64,000 nt of DNA, taken from contig OZ176052.1 in assembly GCA_964247055.1 (NCBI GenBank), forward strand, positions 2,852,001 to 2,916,000. Direction: 5' to 3'. Of this stretch, positions 13,901-26,100 are shown in pieces. The notes beneath the pieces are model-generated. The model searched no databases. It was not told the origin of the DNA and saw only the letters and a list, made by a program, of their open reading frames with translations. Numbering within the stretch: the stretch's first letter is position 1; each line of letters starts with the position of its first letter. A program made the position numbers and the translations under genes. The stretch comes from Paragordius varius. Taxonomy: Eukaryota > Animalia > Nematomorpha.

Positions 13901-16900
13901 GACCGCTCATAAAACATTTACATATTGATACAGAATTTTATTTGATCTTTTTTATTCAAATTTTATTAAATTGAAATCGAATGGTTTATATATATATATA
14001 TACATATATATATATAAACCGATTTCAACGGTAACTTCATTTTTTTATGTTTTGTGAACATATATAATACATTTGCGGTAGTGTTGAGTGTATGACCATA
14101 AATGACTGCATTCATAAGCAGACAAGCCAGTCAATTATTATCTTAGATCGGTCTAAACCCAATCCTAATTTTTATTTGCCTATACATTATATATGAAAAC
14201 TGACTCAAAACGTAATTATTTCTAAATACATGTGTACTTTTTCAAAGTAGAGGAAAAGAAATTCGATGCTCGATGCTTTGAAAAAGGGATTTGTCACCAA
14301 ACTTGCAAAACACTCGGACCTGGAGTTAAACTTTGTAAATGTCCGCAAGGATTTTATAAAAGATCTTCCGATAACAAATGTATAGGTGGGTACATGTTAT
14401 ATCATTACGCAATTCATTTAGTATTATTATGAAACTAATTAAACATTCCCTCCTGCAATTTAAATTAGAATGTGATATTTTGCGTGAATTAACATTTTTA
14501 AGTAATTATAAGAATGACACGATATACAATTTAATATTAAACTTAATTTATAAATAAAATATTTGACAGCCTCTAAATCTTTTTTTCTAATAAAACAACC
14601 ATAAAAAACTTTTATTTCAAATTTGGTAAAGATCTGTAGTGAATTTATTGCATACCACAAAATTTTTAACAGACAACGTTAAAAAAAGGAAAAATTTTTA
14701 ATTTTATTAATTAACAAAAGTAAAAGATATATGAAATGCAACTATTTTAATTTTTTAAATGTGTTTTTTTTCAACAAAAAAGATATTAATGAATGCATTG
14801 AACGGGTTAGTAATTGTACTGCATTAACGGAAATGTGCATCAATACATTCGGTTCTTACAAATGTGTCCCTTTCATGGATTCATATTGTGAATCGGGCTT
14901 TCTTTGGAAACCTTTGTTACAACAATGCAATGGTATTTATTGTTTTTATATACTCAAAATATATTTGTTTTTTTATTTGATTAAAGGCCAAAAGAATCGG
15001 AAATGATAAAGTATGAATTAATTCCAAATTAAAGCAAAGATTATTTTTTTACCTAAGTTTTAAGTGATCATTAATCCGACAAACGAATTCAATCTTTTGC
15101 TGTATAATAAAAAAATGGCTTTTTAATTTAAATATTTTTTAAATTTCTTATTAACAAATTAGGCATCATTTTAAGTTAAAAATTTGGTACCATAAATTAT
15201 AACATAGTTTTGTGCTATTTGATTGTAGATATAAACGAATGTGAACACCCAGATCTTAACACGTGTGAAATTGGCATGAGATGCGAAAACTTACCAGGTT
15301 CCTATAAATGCAGAAGGATAATCGGTTGTGGGACAGGATATATATTGGACGTAAAAACACAAAAATGTCAAGGTGATTATTGCAATACAGTTATTAGAAT
15401 TTGTCGAAATCGGTAAAATTATGCTAAAAGAAAGTTTATATTTTAGAATTTAAGGATAAGTTTAAGGGTGTTAACGGTATTCTAAACTTAGAAATCCATA
15501 AACTCCAAATAATAATTAAAAGGCTTAAAATAGAATAAAACATTGCATTTTAGTTTATCTTAATCTACTTAGCCAACCAAAAAAATTTCTAAAAAGCCAA
15601 AAAATTCTGAAATCTTATTTCATTTATACATTCACGATGATATAGTAGGTAGAGCGCCGGACTCTTATATTACGTTTTATAGTTTGAACCCCGGAACTAC
15701 GCAATTTTTCTATCATCACTGTCAGCCCTGGGTAGGCGAGTGTTAAAGTCTTCTGTCCGGATACAATTTAGTTCCTTACCCTATAATAAAAAAAGGAAAA
15801 ACGAGACTCTAAACTGTATATTTTATTTATAGATGAAAATGAATGCGAAACTGGTACGCATGATTGTTTGCCCTCTTTTGAATGCATAAATACCTTTGGT
15901 TCTTTTCGTTGTGTCAAAAAAACATGTAATGTTAATTTTACCCTTGATGATTACGGAGAATGTAAGGAAAAAAGGTGTCACACAGGCTATTTCCTAAATG
16001 CGTTTGGAGAATGTCAGGGTACACATTATACTATAAATATTTATTATTATTATTAAGTAATTTTTATTTTATTGAGGTAAAAATTAAAATTATAAAGACA
16101 AAAGTAATAACATTATGAGAAATATTTTTTTCACGAAACTTGGATTATGTGAAATTCATTTCATCCTGAATAGCAAAGTATGAAATAGAAATTAATATTG
16201 TAAACATAATCAATTATGTATTTTACAATCGTAATATATAAAAATAAGGTTTAAAATGGGGGCCTGTTTTTTAAACTTTTGCGTTTTATCTGTATAATTT
16301 TTTTATCATCATTTCATGTATTCGATTTTAGATATTGATGAATGTATACACGGTGAAATATGTGAGGAAAACCAAATTTGTTTCAATATCCCAGGCTCGT
16401 ATGTCTGTAAGGAGGTGGAACCTCAGTGTGCTCCTGGATTTCATTTTGATATTAACATGAAGTGTATGGGTATGTAAACACTCTATAAATAAAAAGCGCT
16501 CAATATATGATTATATCCAAAGAATATATGGTATTAAAAAAAGTTGAGATTATGTTACGAGCACATTAATTGGTTTTGGGGAAATTAAAAAAACCAGACA
16601 TAATTAATCTTATTTTTCTTTGGAACCGTTTTACTTTTATTTTTTTCAAACAGCCTATTAACCAACTACGCCTAAGATAAGAAAACTTAAGCCATTCCTT
16701 TTCGAGAATGAAACCGTGCCTCGAAATTTTTTTAAAAAACAAGCTTTTTATCTAATCTTAATAATATAATAGATGTTGACGAATGTCGGTTACAATTACA
16801 TAATTGTCGAAACGGTCAAAAATGTTATAATACGAATGGGAGCTTTTTATGTGCCTGTCCTGATGGCTATATCTTTGATACAATTACTCAATCTTGCATA

Positions 16901-18144
16901 TGTAAATTCATTTAACTACTGTTTTTTAAATAAAAATTTCACATATTTTATATGTAAATTGGTAATTTTATTGAAATAACAATTATTATTGACATGTAAA
17001 TTTAGTACAACAATTATCAACAAGTCTTGTCTGTAAACCCGGATTTCAACTGTCCCATGATGGATCTACTTGTTTAGGTGCGCTTATTTTTCATTAATTT
17101 TTAATTAAATTCTTAACAATATAGCTAGCTAGCAAGCTATATAATTTATTTAATTAATTTTAAAACATAATAATTTAGATATTGATGAATGTTTAAACGC
17201 AACACTTTGTGAACATTATTGCCTGAATACGTGGGGATCATACGTTTGTGAATGTCGATTTGGATACAAACTCAATGAAAATATGCATAGTTGTGATGGT
17301 ATGTATGATATTATATAAATTTAGCTAAGTTTTTGTTAAAATAATTGTTTCAAAAAAATTTTTTTTATTTTTAAATATTAACGAAGTATTTTATTTTTTG
17401 AACGAAGAATTGGGTTAATATTTTAACCAAGTTTAGTCATATTCTAACTAGATAATGTTTAGCGAAAAATTTATATTTTTACTATATACCATTGTTGATT
17501 CTTGAATTCCTAATATAGCCATAATATTTAATGTATTTTATAGGTATGCATATTACTATATAATACGAAATTTCACTTAAATCAAAGTAAAAATATTTTA
17601 ATTAAGCCTTAAATTAAACTAAAAACATCAGGTATAAAAAGTTTTGTAAGTACAATGTAAATATATATATAAGAGAAAAATTAATAGTCTGCGCATTTTT
17701 TGGTGCAATCATTTACTCCTAAAAGGAATTATTAACTTTACCAATTTTAAAATTTTAATTGATAATGTGATAATTTTGGTTAGTTACGATATGATGCCGC
17801 CCATTATTACAGTCATGTATCCTTATTTTATCAAAAAAATTTATTTATTTTTTGTTAAATGAGTATTAATATTTGTTAAAGAATGGAAAAAAACATGAGC
17901 CCTATGGTATTAACAATATCTCATATTTATCAAAAAAGTATAAGAAATAATGATGAGCGCATTTTTTTTAATTTTTTAACAAGTATTAATACCCATTAAC
18001 GAAAAAACATAAATTTTCATAAAATAAAGGATTCATGACTGAAGTAATTGATTTTCACTAATTTCGATTTTTTATATGAGAATATATAGTTAAGTTTACA
18101 CAATATGGATTATGGTCAATTATGATACTAGAATACTTATATAA

Positions 18145-18178
<34 letters not shown>

Positions 18179-21100
18179 GATATTTTTAATTTATTTTTCG
18201 ATTTTTGACAATTCTAAGAGACTTTTCAAAGTGCCTTATAGATTTTCGAGAAATTAAAATATTATTGCGATTTTTTACTATTTTTTATATCTATATATTC
18301 CTATATAAAATATTAAATGTTTATCCATCATTGTACATTTTACCTATGTAACATATTTTTATTGGATTCAAAAACTTTAAATAACCATAAATAACATTAT
18401 CTTATAATATTGTATTTAAATACTCTGCCTCAAATATTTTTTAGACTAATCTCCCTAAGCTGACTAAACTATTATAGGATATTTATACTGTTAAATCATC
18501 AAGAAACTATCTTATATTATAAACTTTAAACCTTAAATATCGTTACAAAGCGCTTATAGTGCTTGCTAGATCCTAAATTTTAAATTTGTAATGAAAAAAA
18601 TTAAAAATATACGATAAAATAAAATTATACTGAAAATTATGCAAAATGATTTAACAAAAAATATAAAAATAATCTACCAACTTATATTATCGCCAGTATA
18701 AATGGGATAGAGTGCATATAGATAATTTAAACACACACCTTTATAGGGCAAAAAACTTTAATGAAAAATAAAACCAAAAAACAAAAATAATCTTAAAAAT
18801 ATTATGTTCTCATACAATTTGACCAATTTTCACCTAACGCAGTTGCTTCCTATATTTTCTGACACGAATGTTTTTTTTTAAAAGACACTCCCTTAAATGT
18901 AAACTGTTATGTTTAAATTATTTATAAAATTTTTTATCAAAATTATTTAGACATATTTTTAAATTATTTTTAATTTATTCAGAATAGTCTCTTATTTTAC
19001 ATACTTTACTTTTTAACTGCAATTATAAGACCATCGGTTTAATTTATGGATTATAAGGTGGTAGATATTTTATTTTAATTGTTTAATTTTAAATTTTCTT
19101 GCATAATTTGGTGAATTGTTCATTATTATAATTTGATTATTATTAATTAATTTTAATTAAACAGTTTTACAAAATAACTTCCAAAATTTTTAACCATTAA
19201 TAGCGCCATCGCATATTTCATATGCCAATATACCTTTTAACCCAATAACACATATATCTCTTAGTCCCCTTAAGCACCACTTCTTCATACCCAACGAAAT
19301 AGAGAAATAATTCATAAAAACTCCAAATTATAGATTCCTAAGTAAAGAAAATAGTGAATTAACTACGAATATCTGGAAAAATTATATCCAAGCCTAAAAT
19401 ATGAATAATAGTTTAATCATTAAATATGTGACGCGGATCATTGATATTTCAACAAATAATATAACTCTGATATGTGTTAAAGGGTTAAGCTGTTTTTTGG
19501 CATATTAAATATGCCATGGTGCTTTTAAAATGATGTTAAATGGATTTTTGACTTTCTCTTAATTATTTTGCTAGTTTTAAATCATAATCAGATTATAAAA
19601 TGTAAAATACGCCAAAACGTCATGCAAAAAATTTAGATACTCCTCAAATAAATATCATATTTAAGAGTGAATAAAATAAACTTAATTTGAAAAATCTTCT
19701 TGGTGTCTTTAACACTGCGATTATTATTGACAAAAGTTTAATTATTATCAGTGATTTTTCGTTCATAACATTATATAACGGAAATTAAAAAAATTAAGCT
19801 GAAATGCGTACAAATATAAAAAATATATATTTTAATTTTCGACTTTTATAGTAAAGTTGGAGTCTCCGTCGTAAAAAGGTGCCAGAAAGTTATATTAAGT
19901 TGTTACAAATAATGTACGAATCACACACCTCCAGGATTAAAACTCCACAAGGTTTATCAGAGCCCTTTTCAATAAAGCATGGAGTCTACCAAGGCTCATC
20001 ACTCAGCCCCTTATTGTTTATAATTTGTATGGACGAGGTAGCCAAGGTTGTTAATGTGAGTTCAGGATGGTACTTAATGTATGCAGATGACATAATCATC
20101 TTGTCTGATTCATTAATTGAATTAAAGCGAACGGTAAACAGATGGGTTGTTATGCTGGATCAATATGGTCTGAAAGTAAACAAAGCAAAAACCGAACTTA
20201 TTACTTTTGGGGGTCCACAACATGAAATGGTAGTTGATGATAGTTGGGTTCTGAAGGGTAAAGAAAGTTGCAAATATCTGCGAGCTATGTTAAGTGCAGA
20301 TGGTTCGTTAACTGACGATATTAATTTAAGAATAAAGAGCAGCTGGGTAAATTGGAAGAAAATTTCGAGCGTATTATGCGATCGAAATATTGATGTTAGA
20401 GTGAAAGGTAAGATTTACAGTTCAGTTGTCCAGCCCTCAATGATGTATAATTCACAGACATGGGGTGTCAAAAAATCCGAAGAAAGACAATTTAACGTGA
20501 CTGAAATGAAAATGCTCAGAATGATGTGTGGGGTAACTAGAAAGGACAGAATCGAGAATAGATTTATTCGTGGGAGCACAGATATTAAACCAATAGTGGA
20601 AAGAATGTCAAAAAATAGGCTACGTTGGTTCGGGCACATTGAAAGGAGAGATTCTAATTATATTGCAAAAATAATAGATGGTTATATAGTTGAGGGAAAC
20701 CGAGGACGTGGGCGACCTAAAACAAAATGGATAGATACAGTAAAAAGAGAGCTAGCAGAATACGAGCTTAATGCAGAGGACGCCATAGATAGAGTTTTAT
20801 GGCGAGACAGGTTGTATAACATGACCGCTCTCACTAGTGAAAACATTAATAATAATAATAGTAAAGTCTTTATCGAATTTCGATAAAGACTTTACTATAA
20901 AAGTAGAAAATTAAAATATATATTTTTTATATTTGTACGCATTTCAGCTAATTTTTTTTAATAAATTTCATAAATACAATGCGTAATTCTCTCAATTTTA
21001 ATATTATATAACGGAATTTTACAATTGTTAATTTTAGTTAACGTTTTTATTGCCATCAACATATTTGGTTTTAGACGTTAATGAATGTTACGAATTTTCT

Positions 21101-22768
21101 GGTCGCAATTCATTGTGTATGGGAACTTGTATCAATGCTATTGGATCTTTTAAATGTGCTTGCCCACATGGTTATATATTGTTAGAGGATGGTAGAACAT
21201 GCCGAGGTTTACAATCTATTTTAAACGCTAAATAAAGCCTTATTTAAGGCTAAAACGTAAAATCAAAGTTGAAACCAACCTATATATTTTTATGATAAAA
21301 ACCTTTCGATTTTTTAAAATTGCTTAATTTTCCGATAAAATTATACATTTGTGTAAATATAATTAAACTGTTTTCATGCACATAAGACAGATTTTTTTTG
21401 GATATATTTGAATCAGTTTAACTTATAATATAAGATAAAGTTTTTTTAATTAAAATAATTTTTTTTTAAAAAAAATACGAAAGATATTGATGAATGTCTC
21501 CAAGGAACGGTATGCGATCAAGATCAAATATGCATTAATACTCGAGGAAGTTATGCTTGTCGGGGCGTGATTTGTCCACCCAATTATTCTTTGAGATTAA
21601 TGGGAACAAGGTAAATATTTTGAATAACCCACAAAAAAGTCAAAACTTTTAAAAAAGTTAGGTCAAACAAAAGCATTCAATTTAAAATCAGAAAAAATGG
21701 AGTTAATCAAAGTATTTTAAATCAGAATCAAAGAGAAAATTTGGATAATTTTAGCTTAAATTAATATTATTTTCATTGGTTGTTTTATGCTATGTCTAGG
21801 TAGATATGCATGATGATTTTCATTAATAAAAACTTTTCATTTCAAGGATCATATATATATTATAATTTTTCGTACTTAAATATTGTTAGGGTTTTTCAAA
21901 CGTATATATTTTTAATATTTCATTTTTATAGGTTGCAAGACAAAGGCTACATGTGTGAAAAAGATTGCTTGTCCAATGATTTAACTTGCCAATACAATGA
22001 AGTATTAACTTATCGATATCAATTTATAACGTTGCCATCAATCACAAAGTTGTATGAACCAATCTCTATTGCGAGCATATTTCCCGTTATTAATACAGAA
22101 AAAATGAGGATATTTTGTGGTATAGGTTCTGGAAATTATGGTGGATTTTTCGATATAGTCACCTCACCAAACAATTCATGTAACAATTTTGATATTATGC
22201 TCTTTTTTCACATATTTGATTTTTTTAAACATTGTAAATTTTCACTTCAATTAAGTGGTTTAATTTAATTATGTTTAAGTTAGCCAAATACAGTATGCAT
22301 TTTGATGGTTGCTTATTTCACATTTAGGGGAATTTACAATACAGTAGTGTATGGAAAAAACAACAAAATGTTGAATAAACAATTTTTCTATCTTTTTTCC
22401 ATACACTCTTGTGTTTCAAATTGCCCTACTATAGTGTAAAATAAGCAACCATTAAAATGCATACTGTGAATAGTGTTCAATAAGGTTGATTCATTTTTTC
22501 TTATTAGTGAATAAAGTTTACGAAAAATTGTTCTTTTTAGATAATAAAAAATAATTTTTTACATTTTTTTCAAACTTTTGATTGTAATAATTAAATTAAT
22601 GTCAAATATTTATATTAAGGTCAATTTCGATTGGTACAACCAGTTATGGGATCATATGATGAAATAATTCACGTTAAAATGGATGTAACTAGTATAAACC
22701 AAACACCCAGACGTCAAATAACTCACATGTTTATTTTAAATATTTTCGTTTCTAAATACAAATATTAA
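10972..22768 (+). CDS. FBLN1: Fibulin-1-like extracellular matrix protein (signal peptide, 3 anaphylatoxin modules, 9 EGF/cbEGF modules, fibulin C-terminal domain)
   Basis: Frame-consistent GT-AG exons: 10972-10993 (tentative), 11047-11162, 12812-13018, 13284-13452, 14248-14385, 14783-14932, 15229-15372, 15833-16018, 16332-16469, 16773-16901, 17006-17077, 17179-17298, 21075-21206, 21484-21610, 21932-22179, 22620-22768. ANATO cysteine pairs ([23 protein letters not shown]...ECC), D(I/V)(D/N)EC cbEGF starts at phase-1 junctions, C-terminus ...[13 protein letters not shown]. Confidence 0.9.
11435..12514. mobile_element. Foldback family copy 3, almost entirely palindromic (~1.1 kb), in a fibulin intron
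   Basis: AGATAGCTTATGACCAG at 11435 pairs with CTGGTCATAAGCTATCT ending at 12514. Arms stay complementary inward to a centre near 11950-11975. Confidence 0.7.
13720..13741. repeat. (TA)n microsatellite; others at ~18150-18177, ~50616-50643, ~56790-56813
   Basis: Directly visible dinucleotide runs. Confidence 0.9.
15640..15790 (+). mobile_element. Possible degenerate tRNA-derived SINE head in a fibulin intron
   Basis: A-box-like TAGTAGGTAGAGCG followed ~30 nt later by B-box-like GTTTGAACCCC, then a GC-elevated body and an A-rich tail. No intact cloverleaf. Confidence 0.35.
17811..18041. repeat. Imperfect inverted repeat (MITE-like hairpin)
   Basis: CAGTCATGTATCCTTATTTTAT...GTATTAATATTTGTTAAA pairs with TTTAACAAGTATTAATAC...ATAAAATAAAGGATTCATGACTG. 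Confidence 0.55.
19241..19484. mobile_element. piggyBac-type MITE (TTAA|CCC...GGG|TTAA)
   Basis: TTAA at 19237-19240 and 19485-19488 flank the TIRs CCCAATAACACATATATC and GATATGTGTTAAAGGG. Confidence 0.65.
19790..20960. repeat. Near-perfect palindrome (~90-bp arms) split by the RTE insertion
   Basis: AGCTGAAATGCGTACAAATATAAAAAATATATATTTTAATTTTCGACTTTTATAGTAAAGT to the left of the RTE is the reverse complement of the sequence at ~20889-20948. Palindrome centre TCGAA-T-TTCGA at 20878. Confidence 0.85.
19858..20857 (+). mobile_element. 5'-truncated RTE-clade non-LTR retrotransposon with intact reverse-transcriptase frame, (TAA)n tail and 10-bp TSD
   Basis: ORF 19879-20886 has [17 protein letters not shown] and [11 protein letters not shown]...[10 protein letters not shown] motifs. 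AAT/TAA repeat tail. ATAGTAAAGT is duplicated at 19848-19857 and 20858-20867. Lies in the fibulin intron 17299-21074. Confidence 0.9.
22291..22466. mobile_element. Hairpin MITE (CAGTATGCATTTT TIR) in the last fibulin intron
   Basis: TA|CAGTATGCATTTTGATGGTTGCTTATTT pairs with AAATAAGCAACCATTAAAATGCATACTG. Inner arm AGTGTATGGAAAAAA / TTTTTTCCATACACT. Confidence 0.7.
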
Positions 22769-23133
22769 TTAAAATATATTTCTTTTTCTACATCAATTAA
22801 CAATATTGACAATCTCACCATTGATGATTAAAAATGTTTTTTTTTCAAATTTCTTAATTTGTATGTATATAATAAAATAACTCATTTGACTAAAAATATT
22901 TGCAACTTTCATCGTTTCAAATAATAAATAAATTTATTTTGTACCAGTTATTTGGGCAACATTACATAAAATTTACAAAAAACGTTTAAAAGTTGGATCT
23001 TCTTTTTAAAAAAAATACTCAAGTGTATGTTCCATTATTAATTATGTATATAAATATATATATTAAATAATTATTTTTGTACTGAATGATTCGAATACAG
23101 CGTAAAAAATAATCACGAGTAGCAAAAAATTCT

Positions 23134-26100
23134 TTATTCAACATTTTTGACCCTTAAAATGACGGGGACAGATGTGCATGGAAGCATTCCCAATTCCGTT
23201 ATAACTGTTGTAATGAATTCAGGGGGTGTAACATCGTATGTCATGTTTAATAAATTTAAGTTTTCAATATTTTCCCAACTGTAGGTGGAATTTTTTTGCG
23301 ACAAAGATATGCTCGTAAGAAATAAATTGGAATATTCTTCATTACAATCTATAATTTGAAAAATTGAAATTTTTTAAATGTAAAGGCATTTTTTTGCATC
23401 AATATAAAAAATTCCAAGAATTATGTCTCCTATTATAAACCAATTACTATATGGTAAATTTGAGGACTTTATTTCTCCACACCATGATATAATTGATTAA
23501 ACATTACCTACATACGATTAGTAAATAAACTGAAACCAATATCCACCATTGTGTTTAATTAGTTAATATTATCAAAACAATATTTATCGTCCTGTATTTT
23601 TCTCTATCACTCTGCCAATTTTTCCGGAAATACATATTTATTAGAGGCAAAACGCAAAAACTTATAAAAACAGCCATACCTTTTCAAACATTGTTTTTAC
23701 TACATAATCTATAAAATTACATTTAGAAAAAACCATTTCAGTGTATTATATATCAATACTTATTTTATATAAAAGAAGTTATATTTAAAACAAACAAAAA
23801 TATGATTCTTTCTTTGCTAAAATATTAGTCTTTTATATTTATTAGTGCTTGTATAATCTATAAATTAAAACTCATTTTCAAGATGTTTTTACGTTTTACC
23901 TGTATATTCAAATTAAATTTATAATGACTGACAAATTATCATACAAATCAAAAACTTAGAAGATAATCGATCGATTACTATTACTGTAATGAGTAGAGGG
24001 ATGTAATGGTGAGCTCGGTGTTACAAGAGCATTCGGATCAGCCAATTCATTGTAAACGAAGGAATCAGTTTGAACTTTTTCCGCAAATTTATAGGTTTCA
24101 CAACAAAGTAGCACAGGCACATTAAACATTTGAGCACATTGAGCTATGAGGGATGCTCCTACCCGTCCCATTACATAACCATTGGCAAGAAGAGCATGGG
24201 CCCCTAGGATGACTTTATTAACCTAGGAGAACAACAGTTTCAAAATTAAATTTAATTCTATAAGGAGACTTGTGTTGTGCAGAGTAAACCCCGATTCATA
24301 ATGCGCTTTTTGAATTAACTTAATCTGATAAATTCATTTAATGATCATGTCTTTTGAGTTTATCATTATAAGGTCATAGTTTTCCGGAATAAGTATTTAA
24401 AGTCAAAGATTTCCTCTTTTTAGGCTTAAACCCTCGTTATAACCCAAATAGAATAAAAAAAATTAATATTTTTTTTTAATTTTATTTTTTAATAATTATA
24501 TATTTGTATAATTATGTATTATCAGAATAAACATATTTTGAAAATTAAAAAACTCTAAAAAAAGTCATATAATAAGATATTAAGCCATGTATCAATTCTC
24601 ACAATCGAGATCAAGATGGGGGGGGTTTACTGTTGTATTTAAATAATTTGCATGAGTATTCAAAACATTACAAGATTTAATAATTTCCTTAACGACCTAT
24701 GGTCTGCAAAGTTTTGTAAATTTTAATGTGATAGTATTAAAAGACTTCCTTTTCATAATAATAAAAATTTTGTTTTTTATTCAAATATGGGGAGATAAAG
24801 ATACCTTTGGTAGGACATGTGAGATGTTGTTAATGTATACATAGGAACATTGAATTCCATGATTTGACAATTTTTTCATCATATCAAAACCTGTATATTA
24901 ATTAAATTACATAATTCGCTTTTTATAATCCAAATTCACCCACGAAAAATTCAAATTAACTCTAAAAATAAATTATCTGTTTTCGGGCTAACATTACTCA
25001 TTATAATATGAAATATTTTTTTATGGCTTAGTATATTATTTTTTCGCTATTATTTAATTTTAAACAAAATTTCATTTTTAAAAATATATAAAAATACAAG
25101 TAATTTTTAATCTTAAAAAAAATATATAATTAATTTATTTTAGAATGCGTTTGAAGTATAAATAGTATTTATAAATTCAATTTGATTTATACCATTTAAA
25201 TCAGGGCGCGAATCTACCACAACAACTCTAATATTCTTTCCAGATTTATGGCAATCATATAAAATTTTGTAGATGAGTGATGAGCTATAAAAACACAATT
25301 ATATTTTATTGAAAATAACAATACAATTTAGCCAAAAATACCAAATAAAACAAAATTACGTTAATATATATATAGTTAACACAAATTATGGTTTGTAGGT
25401 ATATTTGAGTTTTTAAAGTGAATTCGTTGTAAATCAGATATATAATTTTATTAGTATTAAAAAAGAACACATTTTAATGATATATATAATATATTTTTAT
25501 TTTAATTAAGCAATTAATATTTTTCAGATAATTTTTATATTTTTGAAATTAAGAAGAGTTACAGAAATTACAATGATAAAAAACTGCATAAAAACGTTTT
25601 TTAATGCAAAATTAATTAAATTTTAAGTTGGGTTGTCAACAAATTATTTATACTAAATTATAATTATATAAAGTGTAATCAAAACTCAAAACAATCAAAT
25701 CAAACTTACTCCGAATAAATTAGTATTAAATCGTTTTGCGATATTTTGGTTAAGGCATACGTTTTAGATATAGCTTCACCAGCCAACACAATTTTTTCCA
25801 TGATATAATCATCGATGATGGTAATTAAATGAGATTTTACCTAAAAAAATAAAATCTATATATTTATAAAAATGGAAAATGTTGGCTTTGTGATCTGTTT
25901 CCGAAAAACCGGTAGACCCATTCAAATCCAAATGTCAAAAAAATATAATCATTAATAAATGCCCCGACGATAGCTTGGCCCTTTTTAGAATTAGGCCCCC
26001 AGTTCGGGCCCACCCCGTGTAAAAAACGGGTTTTTTTGAAAACAGAAGTCCACAAAATTATATATATATTATAAACCTGGGCTTCGGTATAACTTGAGGG

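Noticed and set aside
15640-15710. Functional tRNA gene
   Set aside because: A/B-box-like motifs are present but no intact cloverleaf can be folded. Kept only as a possible SINE remnant.
19790-20960. A novel TIR-bounded retroelement (RT flanked by inverted repeats) as a primary element
   Set aside because: The (TAA)n tail, 10-bp TSD and a second copy without these flanks show an ordinary RTE insertion into a pre-existing palindrome.
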